Source: an uncultured Pseudomonadota bacterium (GTDB lineage: Bacteria; Pseudomonadota; Alphaproteobacteria; JACZXZ01). From it: a stretch of DNA of 64,000 nucleotides. Position 1 is the first letter of the stretch; the number at the start of each line of letters is the position of its first letter. Below the pieces are notes generated by a model. The model had not been told where the DNA came from and did no database searches. It was given only the letters and a program-made list of their open reading frames with translations. The stretch spans positions 5,514 through 69,513 of the forward strand of contig CAWJFP010000034.1 of assembly GCA_963842155.1 (NCBI GenBank). Direction: 5' to 3'. The position numbers and the translations under genes are program-made. Positions 1 through 9,897 of the stretch are shown one piece after another.

Positions 1-331
1 CCATTGCACGCGCGGCCAGTCGTGGTCTGATAGTTCTTCTTCACGGCGGTCCCCTTCTTGATCGGATGTCTTTGGCGGACGCCCGAGACCTACCACCAGG
101 CAGGCATTAGGCGGGGGACCGCCACCTCAAACTTCCACGCTCAGCGGGACAACCTCGACCAATGTGCCCGAAGCATTTCGTAGTCCTGAAGCGCAAGCCG
201 GCTTCAAGACCTCCCTCGACCGTCTGGCGACCTACCTCGTCGCTGTCTCAAGCAATACCACCTCATGACCAGGTCGCCTGTGCCTGAAGCCACCGTCAAA
301 AACGGGTTAGCAGAACAAGTGCGCTAGACGC

Positions 332-353
332 ATTCGAATGAGATTCGAATGAG
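332..353. repeat. Tandem 11-bp direct repeat ATTCGAATGAG x2, each with a TTCGAA palindrome, ~15 bp upstream of the hydrolase start
   Basis: Read directly: cATTCGAATGAGATTCGAATGAGagg. Confidence 0.5.
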
Positions 354-367
354 AGGAATGTAGTGAC

Positions 368-1179
368 ATGAACAATGTGCTCGACATGAAGACAGTCAGC
401 TCAGCTGACGGAACGAGGATCGCCTATGGCGAAAGGGGCGGAGGTCCCTCCCTCGTCGTGGTCGACGGCGCCCTGAGCACCTATTCGTCCGGCTCTCAGC
501 CGGGGCTGGCCGACCTCCTGGCGCCCCACCTCAGGGTGTACAGCTATGACCGTCGAGGAAGAGGCGAAAGCGGTGACACGTCGCCCTACGCCGTGCAGCG
601 CGGGAGATCGAGGACATCGATGCCCTGATCGGGGAGGCGGGAGGGGCTGCCTCCCTATACGGTCACTCATCCGGTGCGTCCCTCGCACTGGAAGCCGCCA
701 CCGCCCTCGGCGAACGCGTCACAAAGCTCGCCCTGTACGAGGCACCCTACAACGACGACCCCCGCGGCCCAGCGAGCTTGGGCCAGTACATCGAGCAACT
801 AACCGCAGCCTTGGCCACCGGTCGTCGAGGCGATGCCGTGGCCCTGTTCATGAGCTATGTCGGGATCCCAGCAGCCCAGATCGATGGGATGCGACAGGCC
901 AATTTGGTCAGGCCTCGAGGCGGTCGCACCCACACTTGCTTACGACCACACCTACATCCTCGGACCCGATGCTTCGGTACCCGTCGACGCGCGGCACGCA
1001 TTTCGGCCTCGACTCTGGTGATGTACGGAGGCGCCGGCCTTCCCTTCATGGCTCAGACCGCGCACACGCTGAGTCATGCCATAGCGGGAGCCCAACTTCG
1101 TATACTGGAGGGCCAAACGCACCAGGTGGACTCAGCTGTCCTGGCCCCTGTACTGATCGATTTCTTTGCCCAATCTTGA
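368..1179 (+). pseudogene. Alpha/beta-fold hydrolase disrupted by at least two frameshifts. N-terminal, middle and C-terminal parts sit in three different frames
   Basis: ORF 368-628 has an a/b-hydrolase N-terminus (VVVDGALS...YSYDRRGRGES). The next frame carries the GHSSG-type nucleophile elbow (YGHSSGASLALEAA). ORF 778-1179 carries the C-terminus (VMYGGAG...ILEGQTH). An alternative frame across 900-1000 reads more naturally (AVAPTLAYDHTYILGPDA). Confidence 0.6.
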
Positions 1180-1251
1180 GCTAACGCCTCGAGGTCAGAG
1201 CCAACCAAAGCTGCAGGCGACAGCGTCGTTTGCGGCGAGCCTGGCTGAGCG

Positions 1252-1852
1252 CTAGGGCGCAACGGGCACCCGGCGCCCGAAAACGGCGCTCTCGACCATG
1301 TACGACGCGGCGATTGCTGCAAAGAGGACCACGCTCACGGTCGGCTTCCACAACGCCAGGAGGGTAGCTGCCAGATAGATCCACGGCCCAGGCAGATAGC
1401 TGCCGCGTAATGCCCGAGACAATCCGAGGATCGGCGTCACTCCTGAGCAACCGTCGTCGCCTAGCTGCGTAGAACCAGAGGAGGTTGTACAGCACAGCCG
1501 TGGCAGTGAGCGTGAATCCGTAGGCCAAGGCTGCCACCTCGAGACTTGGGTCATGGAGATAGTCGGCCACGAGGACTGTGGGGAATGGCACGAAAGCGAC
1601 CGCCATGAGGAAGAAGACATTGATCATGAGGAAGGTCCGGTCGACCTTGTCGATCTGGGCGAAGACGCCGTGGTGGTTGACCCACATGATGCCGATGGTG
1701 ACGAAGCTCACGGCGTAAGCGGCATAGCTTGGCCAAACCCGGGCCAGCGCCCGGCCCAGGTGGGGACCATTGGCGTGCACATTCAGGATGAGCAGGGTCG
1801 CGGCGATGGCAAACACGCCGTCGCTGAAGGCTTCGAGCCGGGAGGTTGTCAT
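1252..1852 (-). pseudogene. DUF1211 / TMEM175-like membrane protein with a frameshift near 1290-1330
   Basis: MTTSRLEAFSDGVFAIAATLLIL... is the typical DUF1211 start. The hydrophobic C-terminal segment (IYLAATLLALWKPTVSVVLFAAIAASYMV) lies in a different frame (ORF 1252-1620). Confidence 0.55.
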
Positions 1853-2095
1853 GCGGCGGAGGATACCGGCAACCCCTCGGTGCACGTACCGAATCGATGG
1901 CGTTCCGATCGGCATTGCCCGATCGCCACCTGACCCCGACGCCCCGCCTCGAGCCTTCCCACATAGACCGCAGCTTCTGGAGCAGGCCCGGCATTCTCCT
2001 TGATGAGCTCGCACGGATCGCGACCGAGGGCGCCGACCGACTGGCCACAAGCGGCGAATGAGTTTATATCGGTAGGGCCCTTAGCCCGCTGATTG

Positions 2096-2398
2096 CTAGC
2101 CGGCAGCCCCATTGGGATCCGAACGGTCACCGCTCAGATCCATCTTTACGTTGTTACACAGCTCGTTCAGGAGTTGCGCAACCTTCTCAAATGCTTCACG
2201 CGCGTCAGGGTGACCGCCGATGACACTGTCAGCCCATGCGAGTTCAGCCAGAGCATGAAACGTCTGGACGGCCTCGTCATGTGGGTCGAAGGAGCCTCCG
2301 AGCTGCCTCAAGACTCCCCCGTTATACGCCTCGCCATGCTCGGCGAACTGGGCAGCCAGCAATCGGTCCTGCTCCCCGACTGTTAGGTAGCTCCCCAT
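2096..2398 (-). CDS. Hypothetical acidic protein, about 100 aa
   Basis: ORF with coding-like composition and no recognisable family. Confidence 0.3.
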   Translation of the reverse strand: MGSYLTVGEQDRLLAAQFAEHGEAYNGGVLRQLGGSFDPHDEAVQTFHALAELAWADSVIGGHPDAREAFEKVAQLLNELCNNVKMDLSGDRSDPNGAAG

Positions 2399-2936
2399 CA
2401 GAGCGATATCGGCTCGACATCGGTTGTGCTTGAGTAGTCCCATTGACCTGGGGGCGAACCGCGTTATTCGTCCCTTGCGTACCTACGCCAGTTTCCCGTG
2501 GACTGCTTCAAGATCAATCGGTCATTCATCACCAGCGTCACGGAGAGTGCCGAAATCGGGGGCACTCATCCACACCCTCGTGGAAATGGGGAGAGCTCTG
2601 GGTCTAGAAGGCACTGCTGAGGGACATCGAGACGTGCGCAGCTGACCTATCTCCAACGCGAGGGCTGCGACATGAGTCAGGGGTCTTGTTCTCACGTCCC
2701 GCGAAGTTGCCGATGCCCCGAACTTCTTCGCTCACGGTCGGATCTTGACCGGGACGTACACCTATTGAGAGAGGTGGAGACGGACATATCCCCGAAGCTC
2801 GGCGAAGGACTGGACAGCGTGACACCCTGTTGGACTGACACGACCATAGGTTCGTGTGTCCGGGTCAGGACCCCTATCCGGACGGGATCAGGATCTCGGC
2901 CGATCGGATAAGCTGGCTCGGCCCGAAAGGGTGCCC

Positions 2937-3009
2937 GGCCCCATCGTCTAGTGGCCAAGGACACCACCCTCTCAAGGTGGAGACACGGGTTCGAATCCCG
3001 TTGGGGCTG
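2937..3009 (+). tRNA. tRNA-Glu, anticodon CTC
   Basis: Cloverleaf read by eye: acceptor GGCCCCA/TGGGGCT (G1-U72 wobble), D-arm TCGTCTAGTGGCCAAGGAC, anticodon stem CCACC/GGTGG with loop CTCTCAA (anticodon CTC), T-arm ACGGG-TTCGAAT-CCCGT, discriminator G, no encoded CCA. Confidence 0.8.
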
Positions 3010-4909
3010 CGATAAACCTGCAGGTAAACGCCTTGAAATCCCATCGGGCGGGTAGGAAACGGGCCGATCTGCTACTCGAATTGCTACTGCCGCACAGCGG
3101 ACCACTACCGTCTGGGCAGATCACCAACCGGTAGGTAGGCGCAGTGCAAGGTCACGTCCGCCAACACGGCGAGAACAGCTGGGAGCTCCGGGTCTACGTC
3201 GGACGCGGACGCGACTACGAAGCGGGCGCGGTACAAGACGCGGACCTTCAAGGGCTCCAAGCGCGACGCCGACCGGGCCATCCGCGCCTTCCTGGCCGAG
3301 GTGGACCGAGGAGTCATCAGCGAGGGCACCTTCGGGGAGCTGCTCGAGCGCTGGTTCGAGGTGGCGTGGACGACGCGGGACTGGTCGCCCAAGGGCATCG
3401 CCGAGACGAGGCGGATCATCGACACCAGGCTCGGCGTCCTGTCGCCGATCACGCTCGACAAGCTCCGGACGCCGATCATCGACCGTTACTACGCGCAGCT
3501 GCGGACGCACGGTGGCGCCTGCGGACACCGGCCCCGTCAGTCGCACGACGGTGACCTGTGCGAGGTCGGCCACCCGCTCTCGACCGCCACCGTCCGTCGC
3601 ATACACGCCGTGATTCACTCGGTGCTCGAGCAGGCGGTCGCCTGGGACATGCTGATGTTCAATCCGGCGTCCAAGGCCTCGCCCGGGCGGATCGACTCTC
3701 CCGAGATCACGTCACCTGAGGTCGATGAAGTGCTCAAGCTGATTGCCGCGGCCCGGGAGACCGACCCGGATTTTCGCGGTTTATCTGGTTGTCTCGGCCG
3801 TGACCGGGGCGCGCCGGGGGAGATCTGCGCGCTCCGGTGGACCGACTTCGACAGCAGCAATGCGACGGTGCGTTTCGCCCGGGCCATCTCGATCGGGACG
3901 GAGGGTCCGGTGGAACGACAGAAGCCGAAGACCCGTTCCTCGGTTCGTACCGTGGCCCTCGATGCCGCCACCACATCCATCCTGGACGCGCACCGGGCGC
4001 GCTGTGCCGAACGGGCACTCGCCTGCGGTGTCCCATTGCCGAAGTCGGCCTTCGTGTTCTCCGACGAAGCCGACGGGTCGGCTCCGTGGCGGCCGGATTC
4101 GACTACCCGACGATTCGCGACTCTGCGCAAACGTTGCGGACTCGACAAGAGCATCCACCTCCACAGCCTCCGGCATTTCGTGGTGACGACCTTGCTGAAC
4201 GCGGGTGTCGAGCTTCCGGAGGTCGCCGGCCGAGTCGGCCACGGCGGAGGAGGAAGGACCACGCTCACCGTCTACTCCCACTTCAAACCGGCGAGGGACC
4301 GCCATGCGGCCGATTACCTCGGTCAGCTACTCGCTGTTCCCGACGGCGACAACGTCTAAGGGCCCTCGAATTCCGATAGGCGTGCAGCGAGCTCTCGATC
4401 GGGGCTGCCAAGGCGCTTGTAGAGAGGCCCGCATGGCGTCTCGCTCAAACGCAACGAGAGCATCAGAAGCGGCTGTTCGGGGGAATCGTCTCGGTACACC
4501 TGGCCGAGGTAACCGAACTCATTCATGACTCCCACCACACTGCGGTTAGCAGTCTTGGCCAGCCGCCATTCGCCCATTCCGGTCAACTCGGCGGCTATGA
4601 GGCTGGACTAGCTCAGTCCGCGTGCCAACACTTCTCCGAGGACTCTGAGAAGCGGGCAATGACAGTGGTCGCCGGAGCCAACGGGATGAGGATGGAAACA
4701 AGGTCGACTCGTTGACGAACAGGGCAACCTGGGGACGCCAGAAGAGGAAGTGGCGTACCAGTCGCCCAGGGCCGTGGTCGACCTCTCTTCAGTCTGATGA
4801 GGCTCGGTCTTGAGGCGATCGAGCAGTCGCTTCGTGCCGTGGACGATCAGCATCTGGCTTAGGGGCCGCCGGCTCACCGACTAGCCCGGCTCGGAGTCGT
4901 CGACAGAGG
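3010..4909 (+). mobile_element. Probable degraded integrative-element remnant: integrase next to the tRNA 3' end, followed by ~550 bp with no convincing gene and a truncated neighbouring gene
   Basis: Classic tRNA-then-integrase arrangement. The integrase is frameshifted. The adjacent lldD-like gene keeps only its N-terminal 140 codons. No attR repeat of the tRNA 3' end was found by eye. Confidence 0.35.
3144..4359 (+). pseudogene. int: Tyrosine recombinase / phage-type integrase with a frameshift near 3290
   Basis: The N-terminal frame has the integrase-type start (SWELRVYVGRGRD). The main frame (3301-4359) has the catalytic region HSLRHFVVTTLLNAGV...TVYSHF (HxLRH box, Tyr). A continuous reading needs a +1/-1 shift around 3290. 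Confidence 0.7.
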
Positions 4910-5332
4910 TCAGCGGGTGAGATCTCGCGCTGATCGGCTACGGCGCGGATCCATGCGATGGCCGCCAAGGCCGGCGGCATGGCCCGCGGCGATGACCTCG
5001 GCCATGGAGTGGCCGGACATGGAACTGAGGGTGAAGATCGTGCCTGCCTTTCCTGCCGCTCGCACGCCGGCGACGTCCCCGAGTGGATCCATCATCCGTG
5101 TGAATCCGACCGGGCTGAGGAGGACGGGCATCTCGAGCTTGCAGCCGAGGACAGAGGTTGCGAGATCGGGCGCCGGCACGCCCTTGGTGACTCCCATGCG
5201 GGGACGGAACTCGACGGCCTCGATCGACCTCCGGTTCGCCCGGATCGTGGACTCGGAGCCGGCGCCGCCGTCGATGTAGTCGAAGACCGCCCGTGGTAGT
5301 CGCCGCATCGCGAGACGGCGTGCGTCGCTCAC
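4910..5332 (-). pseudogene. N-terminal fragment (140 aa) of an FMN-dependent alpha-hydroxy-acid dehydrogenase (L-lactate dehydrogenase / glycolate oxidase family). The 3' two-thirds is absent
   Basis: AVFDYIDGGAGSESTIRANR...PVLLSPVGFTRMMDPLGDVAGVRAAGKAGTIFTLSSMSGHSMAEV matches the LldD/GOX N-terminus. The ORF ends after 140 codons and nothing downstream continues the family. Confidence 0.6.
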
Positions 5333-5493
5333 CGTCGCGATCCGCCGCCGCCACCCGAGTTTGCACGAGGTCTGTATAACGATCCCATCGTGACGCCATC
5401 ATCCGGCCAACAGTACGCCGGGGCCTGACCTCGACAGGCGCTCCCAGTTTCGGTTGCGCATTTCTTGAGTGGGTGAAAATCGTTTGCATGGAA

Positions 5494-5525
5494 CGGTTCA
5501 GTTTGGTAGAGTTTCGGTTGAACCG
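5494..5525. promoter_or_regulatory. Inverted repeat CGGTTCA-N18-TGAACCG in the divergent intergenic region upstream of the class-III aminotransferase-fold gene. A CCCGGC-TCCG-GCCGGG hairpin sits at 5531-5546 just before the RBS
   Basis: Read directly from the sequence. Operator-like, candidate site for the locus GntR regulator. Confidence 0.3.
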
Positions 5526-5566
5526 ATAGTCCCGGCTCCGGCCGGGCTCCTTCGGAGGAGGTTTCC

Positions 5567-6850
5567 TTGAGCGCCGAGATGATCGCCTTCGACTCCAAGA
5601 GCGACATGCTCGCCAAGTCGAAGGAGTTCTGGAACCCGGACAAGACCCAGTTCTGGATCGACTCCGGTGTTCCGCTCGTCATCGACCGGCGGGAGGAGTA
5701 CTTCATCTACGACGTCTCGGGCAAGCGCCTCATCGACGTCCACCTGAACGGCGGGACCTACAACCTCGGCCACCGCAATCCGGAGGTGGTGCAAGCCGTG
5801 ACTGCGGCCATGCAGCGCTTCGACATCGGGAACCATCACTTCCCGTCCCTCGCGCGGACCGCGCTCGCCGAGGCGCTCGTCGAAACGGCTCCGGCCAACA
5901 TCACCAAGGTCATCTACGGCAGCGGGGGAGGTGAGGCGATCGACATCGCACTCAAGACCGCCCGGCACACCACCCAGAAGCGCAAGATCGTCTCGATCGT
6001 GAAGGCCTACCACGGCCACACAGGACTTGCGGTGGCGACCGGCGACGACCGGTTCGCGGCGCTGTTCCTGGCAGACCGGCCCGAGGAGTTCCCACACGTC
6101 CCCTTCAACGACCTGCCGGCGATGGACGAGGCCCTTCGTGGCCGCGACGTGGCGGCCGTGATCATGGAGACGATCCCCGCGACCTACGGTTTCCCTCTCC
6201 CCGACCCGGGCTATCTCGAGGGTGTCAAGCGGCTCTGCGAGCGTCACGGTGCGCTCTACATCGCCGACGAGGTGCAGACGGGCCTGATGCGCACGGGCGA
6301 GCTCTGGGCGATCAGCAAGCACGGCATCGAGCCCGACATCCTGGTGACCGGCAAAGGGATCTCGGGTGGGCTCTACCCGATCTCCGCCGTCCTTGTCAGC
6401 GAGGCCGCCGCGGGCTGGCTGAGCGAGGACGGCTTCGGTCACATATCCACCTTCGGCGGGGCCGAGCTCGGGTGCGTGGCAGCCCTGAAGACCTTGGAGA
6501 TCACCTGCCGCCCCGAGACGCGCTCGATGGTCCACTACGTCTCCGACCTGATCGGCCGGGGCCTTCGCGCGATCCAGGACGTATATCCCGACTGGTTGGT
6601 CGGCATCCGCCAGAACGGTCTCGTGATGGGGCTCGAGTTCGCCCACCCCGAGGGCGCGAAGTACGTGATGAAGCACCTCTACGAAAACGGCGTATGGGCC
6701 ATCTTCTCGACCCTGGACCCCCGGGTGCTGCAGTTCAAGCCCGGCATTCTCATGACCCCCGAGCTCTCCGAGGAGCTGCTCGGCCGCACCGAGGTCGCGA
6801 TCGGCCAGGCCTGGCAGGATGTCCGCAGAGGCGGAAAGGTCGGGACATGA
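5567..6850 (+). CDS. Class-III aminotransferase-fold PLP enzyme. In RMM-type loci this fold is the 1-amino-2-propanol O-phosphate phospho-lyase. Starts at TTG
   Basis: 427 aa. DEVQTGLMRTGELWA and a GKGISGG lysine region typical of the class III family. RBS GGAGGAGG upstream. 4-bp ATGA overlap with the next gene. Confidence 0.8.
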   Translation: MSAEMIAFDSKSDMLAKSKEFWNPDKTQFWIDSGVPLVIDRREEYFIYDVSGKRLIDVHLNGGTYNLGHRNPEVVQAVTAAMQRFDIGNHHFPSLARTALAEALVETAPANITKVIYGSGGGEAIDIALKTARHTTQKRKIVSIVKAYHGHTGLAVATGDDRFAALFLADRPEEFPHVPFNDLPAMDEALRGRDVAAVIMETIPATYGFPLPDPGYLEGVKRLCERHGALYIADEVQTGLMRTGELWAISKHGIEPDILVTGKGISGGLYPISAVLVSEAAAGWLSEDGFGHISTFGGAELGCVAALKTLEITCRPETRSMVHYVSDLIGRGLRAIQDVYPDWLVGIRQNGLVMGLEFAHPEGAKYVMKHLYENGVWAIFSTLDPRVLQFKPGILMTPELSEELLGRTEVAIGQAWQDVRRGGKVGT

Positions 6851-8451
6851 CCGAGGTCGTGGTCGATCTCATGACCGAGCCCGCCGGCGTCCCCCGGGCG
6901 CGCGCCATGCTGGAGAGGGCCCAGTGGGCCGCGCTCGCGTTCTCCCGCTACGACAAGGGCACTGTCGACCGCATCGTCTCGGCTGCCGCTCGAGCGGGAG
7001 CCGCCAAGGCCCGGGAGTACGCGGAATGGGCGGTGCGGGAGACCGGTTACGGCGTGGTCGAGCACAAGGTGCTGAAGAACCTCTCTTGCAGCACCGGGCT
7101 TGTCGAGGCCTACCGGGACCATGACTACGTGTCGCCGCGCTTTGATCCGATGGCGAAGATCCTCGAGATTCCACGGCCGGCGGGCGTCGTCCTGGCGCTC
7201 ACTCCTTCGACGAACCCGGTAGCGACCGTGTTCTTCAAGGCGCTGCTCTGCCTGATGACCCGCAGCGTCGTCATCGTGAGCCCCCATCCGAAGGCCAAGG
7301 GCGTCTGCGCCGACGCGGCCCGCACCTTGGCGGAGGCCGCGGTCGAAGCCGGGGCGCCCGACGGGGCGATACAGGTCGTCGACGAACCTTCGGTGCCGTT
7401 GATCAACGCCCTCATGACCGACGACCGCACCGACGTCATCGTCGCCACCGGCGGCACGGCCGTGGTCCGGAGTGCCTACAGCTCGGGCACACCCGCTATG
7501 GGGGTCGGGCCCGGCAACGTTCCCGTGCTGGTCGACCAGACCGCGGATCTTGCCCTGGCGGCAAAGCGAATCGTGGACTCGAAGAGCTTCGACAACTCGA
7601 TCCTGTGCACGAACGAGTCGGTGCTCATCTGCGAGCAGCCCGCCCTCGACAACCTCGTGCGGCACCTGCACCGAGAAGGCGCCTACATGCTCGCCGACGA
7701 GGAGCGGGACCGAGTACGCCAGCTTCTCTTCCCCAACGGGTCCTTCGACTTGCGCTTCATCGGCAAGGATGCCGCCTCGATCGCCGCCGAGGCCGGCGTC
7801 CGCGTCGGCGGCAATACTCGAATCCTCGTTGCGCCCTTCGATCTCGTCGTTCCCGAAGAGCCATTGGCACACGAGAAGCTGTGCCCGGTCCTCGGTCTCG
7901 TCGCCGTACCGAGCATCGACCGCGGGATAGAGGCCGCCCGGGCGGTGCTGCGCATCTCCGGCCCCGGGCACTCGGCGGCCATCCACAGCACGAATCCGAG
8001 GACGATCATGGACTATGGCGCAGCGGTGAGGGTGCTCCGGGTCGTGGTGAACGCCGGCAACAGCCTCGGAAGCTCGGGGATCGAGACGAACCTTGCGCTG
8101 ACGATGACGGTCGGGACGGGTTACTTCGGGCGGTCCTCCATGGCCGAGAACCTGCAACCCAAGCATCTGACCCAGATGACCCAAGTGGCCTACAACGCAA
8201 GCGCGGATGAGCCCTTCGGCAACTTCGCCGGCCTCACGCCCTGGGAGCAGCCACACGGACACGTGCCGCCGTACCCGTACGCGTCGAACCTGGTGCCGGC
8301 GGACGCGGGCCGGATGCCGGCGCGTTCGGCCGCGCAGGTCGGCGCAAACGCGCCGCCCGCGCAGGAACAGGTGACGGCCGAGGTGGCTCTGCTCCGCGAG
8401 GAGATCCGACGGATGGTTCTCGAAGAGCTCAGCCTGATCGCGAAGCGGTAG
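6847..8451 (+). CDS. CoA-acylating aldehyde dehydrogenase (EutE/PduP-like, BMC type) with an ~80-aa C-terminal extension ending in an amphipathic helix
   Basis: 534 aa. ILCTNESVLI catalytic Cys region. The C-terminus reads ...EQVTAEVALLREEIRRMVLEELSLIAKR. Confidence 0.8.
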   Translation: MTEVVVDLMTEPAGVPRARAMLERAQWAALAFSRYDKGTVDRIVSAAARAGAAKAREYAEWAVRETGYGVVEHKVLKNLSCSTGLVEAYRDHDYVSPRFDPMAKILEIPRPAGVVLALTPSTNPVATVFFKALLCLMTRSVVIVSPHPKAKGVCADAARTLAEAAVEAGAPDGAIQVVDEPSVPLINALMTDDRTDVIVATGGTAVVRSAYSSGTPAMGVGPGNVPVLVDQTADLALAAKRIVDSKSFDNSILCTNESVLICEQPALDNLVRHLHREGAYMLADEERDRVRQLLFPNGSFDLRFIGKDAASIAAEAGVRVGGNTRILVAPFDLVVPEEPLAHEKLCPVLGLVAVPSIDRGIEAARAVLRISGPGHSAAIHSTNPRTIMDYGAAVRVLRVVVNAGNSLGSSGIETNLALTMTVGTGYFGRSSMAENLQPKHLTQMTQVAYNASADEPFGNFAGLTPWEQPHGHVPPYPYASNLVPADAGRMPARSAAQVGANAPPAQEQVTAEVALLREEIRRMVLEELSLIAKR

Positions 8452-8453
8452 CG

Positions 8454-9056
8454 ATGGCCGAGCTCCGATCGTTCATCTTTCTCGACCGGCTGCAACCGCA
8501 GACGATGTGCTATCTGGGCACCTGGATCCGCGGCAGCCTGCCCCGGAGCGACGTCGCCGCCCAGATCATCGAGATCGCGCCCGGGCTCGACATCGAGCCG
8601 CTCACCGACGTCGCGCTCAAGCACGCGGAGGTACGAGCCGGCATCCTCGTCGTCGAGCGACAGTTCGGCTACCTCGAGATCCACGGGAGCACCGACGAGG
8701 TGCGCGCGGCCGCGGCGGCGGTTCTCGAAGCGCTCGGAGCCACCGCACGCGAGGCCACGAGCCCCGAGATCCTCGCATCGAGGATCATCACGATGCTCGA
8801 TCCCCAGCACGCGTTTCTCATCAACCGCAACAAGATCGGCTCGATGGCGCTCCCGGGTGAGTCGCTCTTCGTTCTCGAGGTGCAGCCGGCGTCCTACGCC
8901 ATCCTTGCGGCGAACGAGGCGGAGAAAGCCGCTCAGGTCAAGGTCGTCGACTACCGGATGATCGGCGCGACCGGGCGCGTGTACCTGTCGGGTCGAGAGT
9001 CCGACGTGCGTCAGGCCGCGACCGCCGCCGAGACAGCCCTTGGGAGTCGGCGATGA
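8454..9056 (+). CDS. BMC shell protein with two BMC-like domains in tandem (BMC-T-like), intact
   Basis: Both halves align to the BMC-H core. DVALKHAEVRAGILVVERQFGYLEIHGSTDEVRAAAAAV and AILAANEAEKAAQVKVVDYRMIGATGRVYLSGRESDVRQAATAA compare with [39 protein letters not shown] of the adjacent BMC-H. Confidence 0.6.
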   Translation: MAELRSFIFLDRLQPQTMCYLGTWIRGSLPRSDVAAQIIEIAPGLDIEPLTDVALKHAEVRAGILVVERQFGYLEIHGSTDEVRAAAAAVLEALGATAREATSPEILASRIITMLDPQHAFLINRNKIGSMALPGESLFVLEVQPASYAILAANEAEKAAQVKVVDYRMIGATGRVYLSGRESDVRQAATAAETALGSRR

Positions 9057-9511
9057 GCGAGCCGTCTCAGACCCTCGACGACCTCCGGGCCCTCGTCCGC
9101 GAGGCTCTCGGCGAGGCGTTGCCCGAGCTGTGGAAGTCGGTGCCCGAGCCGCGGGGGCTGGCCCCCCGGTTCCCCTCGCAGGCGGCTGCGGCCGGCGAGG
9201 TCGAGACGGTCATGCTTCGCACCGACGCCGACCTGGCCTTGTTCGTGAGCCGTTTGCTGCATCTGTTCGAGAACCCGAAGCAGCGTGAGGACCTGCGGAC
9301 CGGTCGGCTGCGCTTCGGTTTCGCACCGGTTGCCGCGCCGGGCTCGTTCCAGCCCGTGCACCGCATTGAGAAGGGCGCGGTCACCGAGGCGACGGTCCGC
9401 GAAGCGGCCAGGTCTGGCGCGAAGATCGTTCTCGGTCCGAATGCCGTCCTCACGCCGCTCGGCCGCGACCGCGCCCGGGCCGAGGGCGTCCAAGTGGAGA
9501 AGGAGCACTGA
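9053..9511 (+). CDS. Hypothetical protein embedded among shell genes. N-terminal amphipathic helix (LDDLRALVREALGEAL) and a conserved-looking C-terminal motif (GAVTEATVREAARSGAKIVLGPNAVLTPLGRDRARAEGV)
   Basis: Translationally coupled on both sides (ATGA and TGATG overlaps). No family assigned with confidence. Confidence 0.5.
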   Translation: MSEPSQTLDDLRALVREALGEALPELWKSVPEPRGLAPRFPSQAAAAGEVETVMLRTDADLALFVSRLLHLFENPKQREDLRTGRLRFGFAPVAAPGSFQPVHRIEKGAVTEATVREAARSGAKIVLGPNAVLTPLGRDRARAEGVQVEKEH

Positions 9512-9798
9512 TGGTTACCGCGACCGTCGTCGGCAACGTCTGGTCCACCCGCCGGCTGAAGGAGATCCCAAACGGCGCCTTCCTCGAGGTCCAGCTCGAA
9601 GGCACCGGCAGCCGCCTTGTCGCATTCGACGTCCTCGGAAGCGGGATCGGAGAACGGGTGCTCGTCGCCCAGGGGTCGGTCGCCGCGGCCTGGTTCCCGG
9701 GCAAAGCGCCGCCCATCGACGCCTTGATCGTCGGATCCATCGACGTGGCCGCCGACCAGCCCCCGCGCCGCGCCCCAGCCCAGAAGCGAGGAGCCTGA
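9511..9798 (+). CDS. BMC vertex pentamer protein (BMC-P, EutN/CcmL family)
   Basis: MVTATVVGNVWSTRRL...VAFDVLGSGIGERVLVAQGSVAAAW...PIDALIVGSIDV is typical of PF03319. Confidence 0.75.
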   Translation: MVTATVVGNVWSTRRLKEIPNGAFLEVQLEGTGSRLVAFDVLGSGIGERVLVAQGSVAAAWFPGKAPPIDALIVGSIDVAADQPPRRAPAQKRGA

Positions 9799-9897
9799 CC
9801 CTCTCGTTCGACAGCGCAGCCGAGCGAGCCCCGATCCCCACTGCTGGAGGCAGCGGGCATTCCAACCAGAGATACGACCTCAAGACAGGAGAAAGAC

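Noticed and set aside
4356-4877. Two minus-strand ORFs (76 aa and 89 aa) between the integrase and the lldD fragment
   Set aside because: No family resemblance and unconvincing composition. Probably non-coding remnant of the degraded element
5498-8262. Long minus-strand ORFs (392 aa and 527 aa) antisense to the class-III-fold gene and the aldehyde dehydrogenase
   Set aside because: Arg/Gly/Pro-rich translations with no family resemblance, typical antisense open frames in high-GC DNA. The sense-strand products have clear motifs
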